From positions 186,001 to 250,000 of the forward strand of contig MU008214.1 in assembly GCA_010909165.1 (NCBI GenBank): a DNA stretch of 64,000 bases, given 5' to 3'. The translations under genes were made by a program, and so were the position numbers. Below, one piece after another: positions 49,661-62,607 of the stretch; the stretch's first letter is position 1; every line of letters starts with the position of its first letter. This stretch comes from Anthoceros angustus (taxonomy: Eukaryota; Plantae; Anthocerotophyta). A model generated the notes under the pieces. That model had not been told where the DNA came from. It did no database searches and saw nothing but the letters and a program-made list of their open reading frames with translations.

Positions 49661-51652
49661 TGTAGCGGACTGTTTTCCTAGGCTAAGATTGTATCTAGTA
49701 TTATGTTTCTTTGTTAACCTTTGAATTTATTGTTATACGTGGAATAACATACGGTGCAGTACAACCCAAAAAAGTACATAATAAATATGTTTATGCTGAT
49801 TAATATATATATATATATGTAAAAATATATATCAAATATACAATATAGGACATACCATACGAAGTAAAATAATTGGAGTGGGTTAGGAGAACTGGGGTTA
49901 ATATCCCCAGGTGGAGGGAACTACAGTTAACAAAGCATAAATAGTGGAACTAGAGTCACAAGAATGGTTAGTAGCCTTGGTACCGGACCTCCAAAAGTGT
50001 AACTAAAAGTGTAACAAGACTGTTTGTCATGCAGTATCACACCTTGATGGTAATACTATGTTACACTTTTGGGGAGAGACTACAAAGTGAAGTGTAACAA
50101 AGTGTTACATGAGGGTGGTTTGGAATCCCCTACACGTTCACAACAAAAGTGTAACATGGCAACAAAAGTGCAACAAAAAGTGTAACAAAAAGTTAGATGC
50201 CTGGAAAGTTAGTGATCCGTTTCCAATCTTGGGACACACTGTCCCATTTTGACTTGCATTGAGATGCAAAGCCCGAGATGCGGTATTGCCCACAATATTT
50301 CATGACCTCCTTCTACCGTTCTTGTTTCCTCTTATGCTTCTCACGCTCAATTTTTGGTGTTGATTCGCTTGGCAGCCTACAAAATATGTAGCTCTTGCAC
50401 TATCCACACCTTGTGTGTTCCTCTGTTTGAAGGAATAGAAGCCGTGGTAGGTGAAAAAGCTGAGACAGGCAAGATTGGGAACTGTGAGAAGATTGATGCA
50501 CCAAAGGAGAAGCTTGGAGAAGGTGCAAGATCGGAACGGTCTGTGCCCATCTTCTCCTCAAGAGTAATCTGCGTGGAGCAATTCAGTACCAAATTCCTTG
50601 AAATCAATGCACGCCATGGGACGCTGATAGATTGAATGGAATAGGATCGAGCTAGAGCACATGCTCTTTAAGAGACCTAGCCAGAATTGGTAACGGGATG
50701 AACCAATATTGGTAACCAGTTACAGACGTCCAAGTTGCCGAGAATTACGGTTGTGGCACTCCATCTTATAATTTTCGGCAGATGCAGGTTTTATGGAGAC
50801 GTTGGGCCATATCGGTCTCATTGTAGCAAAAAAAGGACACGGAAGGGGTCATTTTCCTTTCACGGAAAGTGCCCCTAAGAGCATACGGGGCTACTTTTGA
50901 ATGAAATCCTCGTGCGGGGCTTCGACACTTTGGGGTCGCCTATAGTACAATCCCTACGAGCTATTTTTGACTCCAAAAGGAAAAGGGCTACGGGTGAATG
51001 AATGATGTTCTTTTCATATACTGTATCTACAAAATCTTCAAAGCTGCGTAAAAATTGTTGTGAAAAACAATCATCTATCCTCCAGTGTTTGCAGCGGAGG
51101 AAGGTGCGTGGTAAACGCATATATAATGTGATGACGTGATGAAAGCAATGGAAAAAAAGTCTCTAAAAGGTTGGGCGTAAAGAAAAAGACGCGGTGCCCA
51201 GAAAGAAGAGCTTTACTAAAACGAAAGGTTTAGCAAGCCGAGCTTGCACACAAAAAGGCTTGCCAAGATGCCAGTTCCCGCGCTGTGGCGAGTAGCCGTT
51301 AGGATACGAGGTAGCAAGCGCAGTGTTACGTGGTCGCTCTCACGTCTCCACTTTGTGTGTGAAGACGCGTCACATGCATTCGCCTACAGCTAGTGGTGTG
51401 ATTTGAAGGTGGACAGAACGAGAGAGCACGCCTAGCCTCGTGGATGCAAAACACAAGGCTGGTGAATTATACAGTGTGTGGGAAGCCTGGCGGGCTGGCG
51501 AAGTGGAAAAGCCCCTGCCAGAAAGAGTGCAACAAGCTCAGGCCGATTGCGGTTGAGTTGTGGGCGCCGCAGCAGGAAAAGGCAAGGAAGCAAATTGTTG
51601 CAATGAAATTTGGTGGAAGGAAGGGTCCCCGGGGGAGGGGAGGAGCTGCACC

Positions 51653-52012
51653 TCACTGAGCTGAAATGGAGTCCCGGACCTCAAAGATGGCGCGGGTCTT
51701 GACCACGATATCGAACATGTGCATGGTCTTCATCCTGGTGAAGTCGGCGGGGAGCGAGATGAGGTAGGGGGTGGCGCTCTTGTGGTACTGCAACAGGGTG
51801 GGATCGGTGCTGGGATACGGCTCCCATCCCAGGTCCATGAGCATGTCCCCGAGCTCCTGGTAGCTGGTCACCACCTGATTGGTCGGGCAGTGCACCAGCA
51901 CCGGTACCCTGCGGCGGATGCAGGCGCACGACTGGCCGTCCGCCGTCGTCTCCGCCAACGGGTTGGGCACCAGCCGCGCAATTCCGTCCTTGAACATCCA
52001 CACTCCCGACAT
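51653..52012 (-). CDS. FPF1: FLOWERING-PROMOTING FACTOR 1-like protein, intronless, 119 aa
   Basis: MSGVWMFKDGIARLVPNP..VLVHCPTNQVVTSY..L..LGWEPY..LLQYHK..LISLP.DF....HMFDIVVK.R..FEVRD matches the FPF1 consensus. Confidence 0.92.
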   Translation of the reverse strand: MSGVWMFKDGIARLVPNPLAETTADGQSCACIRRRVPVLVHCPTNQVVTSYQELGDMLMDLGWEPYPSTDPTLLQYHKSATPYLISLPADFTRMKTMHMFDIVVKTRAIFEVRDSISAQ

Positions 52013-52964
52013 GGCTGCTGCCGCTTCCACGTCCCAACTTCCTGGCCTGCACCAGCCAACAAAACATTCCAAGCGAGGTGGCCTCGGTTGAGCAGCAACG
52101 TCACAGCGGCCTGGGGCCGGAGAATCGACGGTACTTGCAAATTGCAGGCCAGGGGCCGGGGCCGGGGCCGCGGCCGCGGCCGGGGGGATGAGATGAGGCG
52201 AGAGACCTGATGCGCAGAGACGCGGGCGGCCGAGGCCGAGCCCGAGGCCGAGGCCGATTCCGACGACGTTGCTCCAAGCAGCAATGTTGATGAGCGTGAG
52301 CTCGGTTACAGGCGATCGCAATAGCGATGTGAACTGCGAATGGAAGGGGAGGCCGTCACCGCGCGGCCATTTGATGACCTGGCGGGCGCGGTGAAGGAGA
52401 GAGAGAGCGCGGGAGGGCAATGATGAGAGAGTGGATCACAGGGCCCGCCCGGGCGCAGGGGCAGGGGCAGGGGCAGCGGCAGGCAAGGCAAGACATGTAC
52501 CTACGTCTTATTAGTTATGTGCATACATATGTCTGTCCGCGTGAACTGACAACTAACAGCGCCAACGCCGGGCCGGGCGTGGTGTCACGAGGAAACACCA
52601 AGGTCTCCCTCGCCCTCGGCGGCCGAGGCATCTCGCAAAACAACGCCACAGCAATTGCCGAGGCGAGATCGAAAATCTCCACACACTGGGCCCGCCACGC
52701 CTCTACTGTGTGGTGGAACCTGCGTGTGATAAACATACACCACACAAAAGTAGCCTGTTGTCCACGCCAAGCGGGGGCCACACTAGCTCCCTGTCCTACT
52801 TTGACTTCCTTTCTTCGCCATTGCTCTGCCTCGTTAGCGCCGCCTATAATAATTACTACCGCCACCGACCACCATTAAATAATAAATGAGTAATATTTCT
52901 AGCCGCACCCTTAGCGACGCGGCCTTGCCGGTTTCCTGGACTGGAAATTCTATGGATCATCCTC

Positions 52965-55900
52965 CTACTCCTCTGCCAGGGCACGGACTCTCCGCACTTG
53001 GATGTGATGTGTCGACTCCGACCTCCATATGGGCTTCTTGCCGCTCTGCACCAGAGCTACCTCCTCGCCCTCCTTCACCATTCCTTGCTTCTGCTCACGC
53101 CACCGCATCACAGTTGACCACCCACCACCACCCAATCATGCCAAACGACCAGCAGCAGCAGCAGCAGCAGCAGTACGATCAAACCAGCTAGGTACCTGGA
53201 GGATAGCCAGTGCTGCTGAGAAGGTGTCCTCCGCATCTTCCGAGAAATCCATGTACACTGCTCTCACCCCTTGATACAAGGCCAGTCTTTGCTGCACCCT
53301 CTCCCTGCAAATGCAAGCCCCACATTTCTCAGACTTGACTCACTCCCTTTCGCAGCACCAGCACCACACCAGCAACAACCACAACACCGTCACCACCGCT
53401 GGCAACCTAGCTAGCTCCCTACTGGTTTGTGAAGGCAAAGATGGTGCCCGCCGGTCGGTAGTGGCTCAGAAGCATCGCCATGAATCCGCTACGTGTGAAC
53501 ACCAATATCGACGTGCCCAGTGTGTTTGACATCATCGTTGCGTGGAAAGCAAACATCTCACTCATATGGTTCTGCAACACAATTTCCCACCTCATGATCG
53601 ACGCACACGCACACATATACTCGACATCCATGTCACCACAAAACCTCAGCCTTGACCCAGCTGCGTCACAATCTAACCTTGAAGGCACGCCCCAAATTGG
53701 CAGGGCGCTGCTCTTCTGGCATAGTTGCTTCTGTTCGCAAGGCAACTGTATGCATCACTTTTACCGCTTTCAGTGGGTACCTGAACACACAACCAGTGCT
53801 CACTTTCATCACCTCACACCCCTCCAACCGTTGCTTCACCTCCACACAACTTGCCTGCAACTGCTACAACAAGAAAATCTTACTTGCCATGAGCTGTCTC
53901 CCCAGACAGCATGATTGCATCTGCCCCTTCTCGGACAGCAATGGCAATATCTGAAACCTCTGCTCTTGTTGGCGTTGGGTGATTGATCATGCTCTCCAAC
54001 ATGTTTGTTGCTACGATCACGGGCTTTCCCATGCTCCTGCATACTCTTATTATCTCGCCCTGCACACAATTTAGACGACATCTCAAGGGTGGACAGAGTA
54101 TGTATCATATCACAAAAGTACAAACGACGCCCAGGTTTCAACTTAAGCATCCAACCACCCTCACAACTCTGACCAACACACAAATGAGCCACCTGCAGAA
54201 GAGGAACTTCTTCTACTGGTAGTTCTGCTCCAAGATCACCGCGAGCAACCATCGCCTAACAAGAACACGAGACACATGTGTCAACACCCTGACAGAAAGC
54301 CACATGCACCTGCATCTTACGAGTCACAAAAACCCACAAAGAGCTACGAAGCTACAATTCTTGAAAACGAATACCCCATCTGAGGCGTCCAGGATCCCGT
54401 TGAGATTGGGAATGGAATCCGCACTCTCAATCTTCACGATGACATTGATGTCTGCTGAACAGCCTGTGGCATTCAGAGCTCTACTGAGAATTAGCACCTC
54501 CATGAGGACATCATGAGACAAGGGCCTCAAAGCCTGAAGGACATGCAGTTCCTCAAACACTACCCATACATCACTGGTGGAGGATGCATAAGCCAGACAT
54601 ACCCTTCAGATAATCCTTTAACTCCTTCACAACCTGGGCATCTTTCACAAAAGAGAGGGCATAATAATCCACCTTGTTTTCAACACCAAACTTGATATCT
54701 TCCCAATCTTTGTCTGTCCCACCATTCCAAGTACAGAAAAGTTAGCTAGTGATAATTCCAATCTAAACCTGGACCAGCACTACCGTTCTCCTAGGCTTCA
54801 TTGCTTGTGTATCAGTGGCATGTCATCACCCACCTGTAAGTGAAGGCAGTGTAGCACTCTTTCCACGAACGTTGAGGTGCCTGCGAGACTTCAATTCCCC
54901 ACCATCCACAACCTCACACAGGACTGAGTCTTCCGTTTTTGACTTCACCACCAGGGACATCATACCACCTGCAGATTTAAGGAAATTGGATGCCGCCACG
55001 GAAAGTACATTGTATGCAGCAAGTGATCAATCATCCACTCTCCAGGCTGACAGTCAATATAGGCTTCCAGCAGGAAAATATGTGCCCCGCCATCATTCTC
55101 ATGACACGTACCATCTACAAGCAGCTCATCTCCCGTCTCCACATCGGTGACAAAGTCATCATAGTTCACACTAACACACGTGTCAGTCCCAACCCCACGT
55201 TTGATCGTGAAAGTGAACTCCTGCCCCTTGGCAAGTTGGATAGGCTGAGGCAGATCGCCGCTTCGAACTTCAGGGCCCTAAACACGGCAACGCAGTCCCA
55301 TCAGTTTCACATAAGGCTCTTAGATCACTCTCACCTCTGTGTAGTTCAGCCACCAGGAAAGAAAGAAGCACAGAAACGGGCAGCCAGTGGCAACCTCACC
55401 TTCGTGTCCAGCATGATTGCGATGACGTTGGCTCCAGCTTGCGCATTGAAGTCACGAACAAGGTCTATTACCTTCTTGTGTGACGCATGGTCACCATGAG
55501 ACATGTTTAGACGTGCAACGTTCATCCCAGCATCAGCGAGCTTCGCAATCATTTCGGGAGTGTTGGACGATGGACCAATTGTGCACACAATTTTCGTTTT
55601 CCGCTGAAAACTGGGTTTAATCCACATGCTGGACAGACCTCGCTCAGCGAGAAATTGCTCCAAAGATAGAGGCTGGCCCTGCACAATAAAGCACACTTGA
55701 GGCTGAGGCTGACCGAGAACAAAGGAAAGCAAATGACTTGCGGGCGAATTCCCTACAGCACATGTAGGTGAGAGCACTTACTTGAAGGTCATCAGAAGGA
55801 AAGGTGAGAGGAAAGCTTTTCGTGACATCGTCGGGCGTGACAGGCACAAGCTGAGGCTCGTCCCTTGCAATTCTTCGGGGCCGTAAACTGGTGGCTCGAA

Positions 55901-56099
55901 TTTCACAATCTCCCCGCACACACTGGGGGCGACCCTGTTGACTGAGAACAGGCAGACGACCCTGAGGCCTGAGTCCACGAAAATGCACAAAATGGGCAGT
56001 TTCATCGGAAACAAGGTGAGAGGTGGATGCCGAGCTGCTGCAGCACTGAAGGGACGCTGCCGCTACTGCGGCCGCAGAGGAGAGCAGAGCTGTAGCCAT
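52965..56099 (-). CDS. Plastid pyruvate kinase, beta subunit; multi-exon
   Basis: Ser/Ala-rich transit peptide; [29 protein letters not shown]|[52 protein letters not shown]; last exon [33 protein letters not shown]..stop at 52965. Confidence 0.95.
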
Positions 56100-57413
56100 G
56101 GCCGAAGAAGCACGCTTCCAGTCAGCTCCCGAGTTGTAACCCCCTTACACAGCCGGTGGAGGAGTAGAGGTAGTTGAGGAGCGGCGCAAGGGCTCCGATT
56201 AGGAAAGCGAGGACAAGCGGACGGAAATTCCTTTCCTGGGAACGGCAACGACAATGGCAAGCATGTGAGATTGTTCCGAGAATATCTATGTCGAGTACCT
56301 GGCCCGATTCCGGCCGGGCAACTGCGGAAAAACATCTAGGTATTAAAAATGTAACTAAAACCGCTGTATAACATGGGTTTTAGTTACTTTATGAAAACAA
56401 ACGTTATTGTCAGATTTCACAACAGGGCTTTAATACATTTACAACAAGGGGCTTTGAGATCGCCGTTGGTATGAGGTGACATGGTTTTTGTTGTACATTC
56501 ATGGCCTCCTATGTATTCCTAGGAAAAGGGAGCTACGACAGCCCCCAGTCCGAGTAAGAAGGGCCCATGAATGTGTAGGCTAGCATAGAATATGTTTTCT
56601 CCCAGCGTTCTACAACACTGTATTCACTGGCTGCTGGGTGTTGTGCAAAAATGTGCCCAGAGTTACTAACTGTGTGTTATCTTGTGCTTGCAAACTGATG
56701 CTCAACGTGAAAGCTTCTTCGTCTTTGCCCTTTCGTCGCAGACACCAAGTCGTGGAGCCGCTAACCATAGGAAGTCATTGAAATTGTTGCATGTACACAC
56801 TTGTGTTGTGGAAGCTGTTACTTAGTTGTGTTATCGTAGTTGAAAAGAAACCAACATTATGACTAGCCTCTAAAAACTGTAATGCGATGTGAAACCATGA
56901 CCTTATAATGAGTGTGGCGTAGAAATATCTATCTCCTCATACCAAACAGATGTTCAACAACTAGTACCCTCGGCGGGACATGTCTCTAATAGCAGGCTGT
57001 GTGTGTTTATTGTGAACATTGCCTTGAGCAAGCACCTCTCGCACCCCTTGGGTATCACACGTTTCCAAACCAACAATCCTTAATAACTGTCTTTTTGGAT
57101 AAGGTGAAAGATGGAGGAGAATCCAACGATCGGCTTCTCCCCCAAAATGAAGATAAGCGTTGGGGAAGTTTTTCTTTAAGCAAGCTTAATATGGTGTATT
57201 GTGAGAGCGGAGGGAGTTCACTATTTGAATCTTGGGGCAGCAAGGTACTAGATGTGTTTGAACTCCATCCTCTTTTGCATGCACGATGTGTAGCATGTTT
57301 TTGGAGCTTCCTTATGGAAACTTCTCTTGTTGAGAGGAAACTTGAGACAGGATAGTGTCGCAAGTGATGGTTGTACGTGTATAGGAGTGTGACAACCTCA
57401 CGGTTGCGTATAT

Positions 57414-57479
57414 GTGTGTTTGTAGGAGCTTTTCTGTTTTTGCTACATAGCAAAAAGATAAAAGCTCCTACAAATACAC
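57414..57479. repeat. Near-perfect 32-bp inverted repeat (foldback hairpin, 2-nt loop)
   Basis: GTGTGTTTGTAGGAGCTTTTCTGTTTTTGCTA-CA-TAGCAAAAAGATAAAAGCTCCTACAAATACAC; 3 differences between arms. Confidence 0.85.
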
Positions 57480-58429
57480 GTCACAGACCCTATGCACCAC
57501 ACCCAAGACGATGTAAAGACAACTTGTGGATTCTAATCTTCCATCACCACATCACATATGATCCCGCCCACTTTTTTTAAATGCGACTAGCATATATCTG
57601 CAACTAGTCTATGCAGGTAAATCAAGGTTTAATCTAGGTTCTTTACACCATCTATATTGAGCCTGATTTCTTAACGTAAGGGTGATATCACACTATAAAT
57701 ATAACATTTGATGTAACGTTTGAGAGGCCCCGACCCTCGAGCCTTGTAACATTGGCCTTGAAAATGCAACATGACAAGGCTAACATGTTACAAATGGCCA
57801 TAACATGGCCTCAAGCTTTCTAATAGTGGTGGAATATGGTTGAAGGTTTATTTGGCTATGACTCGAGTGTTTTTTGGCAGTGTCATTGTTAATTGGGAAA
57901 GTTAGTTTAAAGAGATGACCCTAGATTGTCTCGAGCTGGGAAACGTTTCAACACCTAAGTTAGATTTTGTTATATGGGCAGTTAAATATTTTTTTGAGGA
58001 GTAAAATATGGAAGTCTCAATTTGAGACACACGACCATTTCAGGGGTTAATTATCACCCAAGTTTCATGGTCTAATTGGTCATCACATTAGTCAAAACAT
58101 AATGGAGGCCTCAAGTTCAAGTATAATACAGCCATATTTTGTGCATACATATAGAAAAAGGTGTGGTGTAATAATATACAATTTTTCCTTTTCCTCTTGT
58201 AGAATACAACTTCATAGGATTGGCTAGATTTTATAATCTCATGAAATGGAATGGACATTGGTTGCGCTAGTAATTTTTTTATTGTACTATTTAACCCATT
58301 TCCATTACTGCCCAGGTCTCATTGTTACAATAACCTATACCGAGTTAGGTGCATAAAACATCTATGATTTATTAATAATTATTATAGAAAAATTATTTGG
58401 GGATATTAGGGTGCAGCGTTCGTTTGAGA

Positions 58430-58930
58430 GACCCGTTCCATGCTGTGATTTCCAGTCTCAATTTTTCAGCTGATGCGTAACCAGTGTGACATGATGTTAG
58501 TGAAGGGATGGTGGCAGGGTGGGATCACGTGTACAGCCGCAAGCATATCTTGTACTTGCAGAGCATTGCAAGGTCAGGCCAAGACCGCTCCAATACTATG
58601 ATTTCCTCTCAAATTTTTCAGGTGCGTAACTAGCTAGTGTGATTTGATATTAGAAGGCGATAGTAGCATAGGTGTCTCGTACATGTACAATCGCAAGTAG
58701 TTGCAAGGTCGCCAAGACTCATTCCATCCATTTTTATCTCAAATTTTCAGCTGATGCGTAACCAGACTATGATGTGAAGTTAGGGAAGGCGATGGAAGAA
58801 TGGAGAAGTTTCATGTACATGTATAGCTGCAAGGTGAGGCCAAGTCCCATTCCATGCTGTGATTTTCTACCTCAAAATTTTATTTGATGCGTGACCACAC
58901 TGTGATGTGACATTAGAGAAGGCGATGCTA
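58430..58930. repeat. Degenerate ~140-170-bp tandem repeat x~3.5
   Basis: CTCAAATTTT(T)CAG..TGCGTAAC..GCAAGGT..GCCAAGAC recurs. Confidence 0.7.
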
Positions 58931-59619
58931 GTAGGGCAGGGTGTTGGGTGAATAAGGAGTGACAAGGCCAGTGAACGGTAGGAGGGATGTGTTTAGAGGG
59001 CCAGATCCTGGTGTTGTAGCACAAAGAAGGGCGAGTGTACTGTCACTAGCAAGTAACAGACATGTGTTGAGTGTGGACAGTGAAAACAACGCAAGGGAGT
59101 GGAAGAGGCGGGTGGCAGAGGGAGGATAGGAGTGGAGCAACCAATAGCAGCCATGATCGAGGCAGGGGCAAAAAGGCGCGTAACAGACATAAGGCAGTTG
59201 TCTAGGGGGAGAGAGGAGGGAGGACTTGGAGCCAAACAACCCCACGCCGGCGCATAGCAAACATGGGTCCGCGTAGCACAAACTCGTAGGCACAAAAGGC
59301 ACTGAGTGCTCAAGGACAAACTAGTAAACGTATCGTGGACGTGTACATACGGTGTATAAAGTATGTACGTTATCCGTGTGACGTATATACTTATTTTACA
59401 TAAAATAGAATATGACCGTATATCACAGGAAATTATCATATAGTATATGTTACCATGAACAATACGTGTATTTTACAAAGAATATATTCGTACATGTATT
59501 TATATATATGTATATTCATACGAGTATCGGTGGGAACTACTAAGTAAAACTAAGTATTCTATAGGGTAATAGTAGTAAAAAGAGGAAGGTAGATGGGAGG
59601 AGGTTCGGTACCAAGCCTG

Positions 59620-59887
59620 CAAAACTGTAACAAGAGACGATGTAACACTTTGGTTGTTGCAATTATATTGAAATTTTGAGAGGGGACACAAACCACCTCT
59701 CACTACATTGCAACATAATTGCAACAAGACTATATTTATGTAACAAGGTGGAGGGTTGGTTTCCAAACCTAACTATAACAAGGGGTCCCAAAAATGTAAC
59801 AAGACCCCAAGATTTTAACATAATTGCAACAAAAGGGGGTCCAAATCTTAACATAAAGTGTAACATGACTGCCCTTTTCTAGTAGGG
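59620..59887. mobile_element. Possible CACTA-like end (a similar end lies at ~57700-57828)
   Basis: Repeated TG(T/C)AAC subterminal motifs ending in TTTTCTAGTAGGG and TTTCTAATAGTG; each has one mismatch to the CACTA terminus. Confidence 0.4.
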
Positions 59888-59889
59888 AT

Positions 59890-61296
59890 ATCAGCCCTGA
59901 GAGAAAAGTTGTTGAGCAGAGTATACGAGCGCTCCCTATATGGCAAGAACCCAATCTCCTTCGCCATCAAGAAGTAAATGACGTCGTAGATGAAGTCATA
60001 CTTATCGATGCACTGCTCGCCAAAGGGGCAACGAGCCAGTTGGGTCCCAGAGTCGTCGAAGGGGGCTTCACAGCTACTGGACAAGAGAGAGTGGGCCACA
60101 GGTTGGACCAAACCCAAGCAGAATCTCATCACGGTAGAAAAAGAAGCCAGTGCGATTCAGAACGCTTGGATGCGAGGTTGGGCTAAAACCCGAGAACCTG
60201 CTCCCTTCCCCGAGCAAGAGCGGAGGTGAGCTCGGGTGAGTCGGAGGATGGAGGAATCCAAGAGAAGGGTTAGCTGCGCCTTCTCATACTGCTTCTCATG
60301 GAGGGAGGCTTGAAGCCCACGCAACCCAACCTCGGAGAACGAGGAAAAGTGAGGCATGATAGCCTTGGCGTTGGAGAATAAAGATCCCTTAGCCAACCTC
60401 AAGGACACTTATAGAGGGAAGGCCCCCTTCTCAACGCCCGAGTCGAAGGCCTCCAAGATGCAGGAATTCCTGATTAAAAAACGGGAAGCCGGGATGGGGG
60501 CAAAGAGGGCCCAACTTCCTAGAAAGGCTGTCGACGTAGAGGCCTATGTGGCCAACAGACCCCTGCCTCCAAAAGCAACAGGTAGAGATGCATGGCGCTA
60601 CGCAAGATCCTCAGAGGCGCACTCGAAGGTGCCAAAATTGATTATGTCACCTAGTGCCTACATGACCTATTTGTCAAAATCCTTCATGCTAGAGAGGAAA
60701 GCTGAAGAGGGGGCCACTGTACATAGAAGATACTTCGGCCGATGCATGAAGCAGGCAGAAAGGATGGCGAAATGCCACCTGTGGGTCCGCCAGTTGAGAA
60801 AGATCCCCAATATGCGCCGAGTCCTCCTTAAATTCTTGCATGGAGGCTAGGGGCCCCCCGGGATGCCTAAAACCCCAAGACCCTTCGGAGAAGAAAAATC
60901 ACCCTGTAGACAATAGAGAGAGGGTATAACACGTGTAAGGGACCATACTCGACACTTCAAGAGGGACCATACTCGACACTTCAAGATCTTAACTTTCAGA
61001 TCGAGGCGAGAGACCTTCAAGTAGTGAAGTTGAAAAGCCTCTTTGATCTTGGCTCCCAGCCCAAGGTCAAGGAGGCTGCCTCTTCAGTCTCGGAATGTCT
61101 GTATCCGTCTGTGGGCCATAGTGAAGAGGCCCCTGCCTCATGCCTATCGCCGTGTCGAGCATGGAAACCCCGTCCCGTGAGGGCCCGAGGTGATAATAGA
61201 GGTTGGAGGGAGACCCATAGAATGAGTGCACAAAAGGAATAAAATCGGCCAACTGCCCGCAAGCATCCTTGAGCTTTTCAAAGATGAACATGATAA
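59890..61296 (-). mobile_element. CRE-like non-LTR retrotransposon fragment (RT to pre-RLE region), degenerate
   Basis: IFEKLKDACGQLADFIPFVHSFYGSPSNLYY..GMRQG (homologous to 23310-23550), RAHLRSCSGKGAGS..AQP, and a C..D..G.QL..C zinc-knuckle-like segment. Confidence 0.7.
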
Positions 61297-61301
61297 TTTT
61301 T

Positions 61302-62310
61302 GAAGGGGGTGAATAATCTCGAAGGGGGTTTTCCGCAAATAATCTCTGAAGGGGGTTTTCCGCAAATAATCAAGGGGGTTTTGATGGGCCCTAAAAGCTT
61401 TTGAAGGCATTGCGGAAAAAATCTCAAAAAAGGGTGTCACCCAAGAAAGTTACTACTTTCCATCCAAAGAATGTTTGTGTCGAATGGTGGTCGAAACTCG
61501 AACCTAGGGAATAATGCAAAGTAGGAGCGGTGAGGAAGGCTGCCTCGCCGAAAGGACGATCAGAACTCGCTTTGGGAGGAAAATGTGGTTTTGTTATGAC
61601 ACCATAAAAGCCACTTTATGTGTATTTCTAACACAAGAATATCAAGAACGGACTTACAATATTAACTCAAACCCCGAAAACGAGATTTCGCTTCACTCAT
61701 CCCGTAGTTCAATCCTTCGTCATCACTTGTCCATTTTCCTGCATTGTCATCACTATCTTCACACTTTGACTCGCAGTTGTATAAAGCCACGCAACTCGCA
61801 GAGCTTATCCCTTATCGCTTTTTGTCCACCACATACGATGTTTAGGAGTAATTCTACACTGAATCGACCAGATGTTGGCTCGATTTCAGACGGCATTTGC
61901 TTCTAAGGTTAGCCTTCATTCCAAGGTTGCTTCTAAGGTTAGCATACTGAATTTTCGATGGAAGTGCCACGTACAAGGGGTGCGTGGAAGGGAGGGCTAG
62001 AATGGGCACGCGGAGGGAGGGCGCCGGCCGGCCGGTGCCCTCCATTCGAGCTCCACCCGTCGAGCATACGGCTGGTGGTGCGCGTAGGGAGGGCGCGGCC
62101 AGGTGGTGTAGAGGAGGGCGCCGGCCGCCGGCCGCCGCCCCACGCCGCACCACCAGCCGTGATGCCCCACGGGTGGCCAGGGAGGGCGCCGTCAAGCCCC
62201 CGCCAGGCGCCAAGACCACTGCTTGCCCACCCAACGGAGTTCATAGAGAGGGCGCGGCCGGCCGCCTCCCCAAAGACATGCCCTGCCCTAGCATATATCC
62301 TATCGCGGCC
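61302..62310 (+). mobile_element. Insertion beginning with a GAAGGGGG terminus and direct GAAGGGGGTTTTCCGCAAATAATC subterminal repeats; putative left end of the DNA-transposon family
   Basis: Interrupts CRE-like sequence; motif occurs four times in 61302-61382; GC-rich GGCGCCGGCC tract at 61980-62290. Confidence 0.5.
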
Positions 62311-62607
62311 TAGTAAGAGGCACCTTCTGAGATGCGCCTTCGCGGAGTTCAGTCGAACCCGATCCACGTGAGTGGAGTCCAACTTAGACCTTGGTGCACC
62401 CCTACCCTCATCTTACAGGGCTTCCCAATCCCCCGCCTGGAAGCGATGGAGACGGGAGGCAACCTCCCAGTGGCTAGAAAAGCTGCCCCGGGAGCGACGA
62501 AGACTCCACTGAGGGAGAAAAAGGAACAAGGCCCAAGTAGCCTCGTCCTGGGGATTTTGTGCAAGGTGCTCCAAGGGAAGCCGGTAGGCAAGAACACGAT
62601 ATCTTGT
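62311..62607 (-). mobile_element. CRE-like non-LTR fragment (N-terminal of RT)
   Basis: YRLPLEHLAQNPQDEATWALFLFLPQWSLRR..RLHRFQAGDWEAL..HLRRCL. Confidence 0.55.

Noticed and set aside
52013-52420. N-terminal extension of FPF1 (255-aa ORF)
   Set aside because: The family consensus starts at MSGVW (52012); the extension is GC-rich low-complexity sequence starting at a non-ATG codon.
62250-62315. Helitron 3' end (palindrome plus CTAG|T)
   Set aside because: The hairpin is not at the expected distance from CTAG and no matching 5' TC end or Rep/Hel sequence was found.
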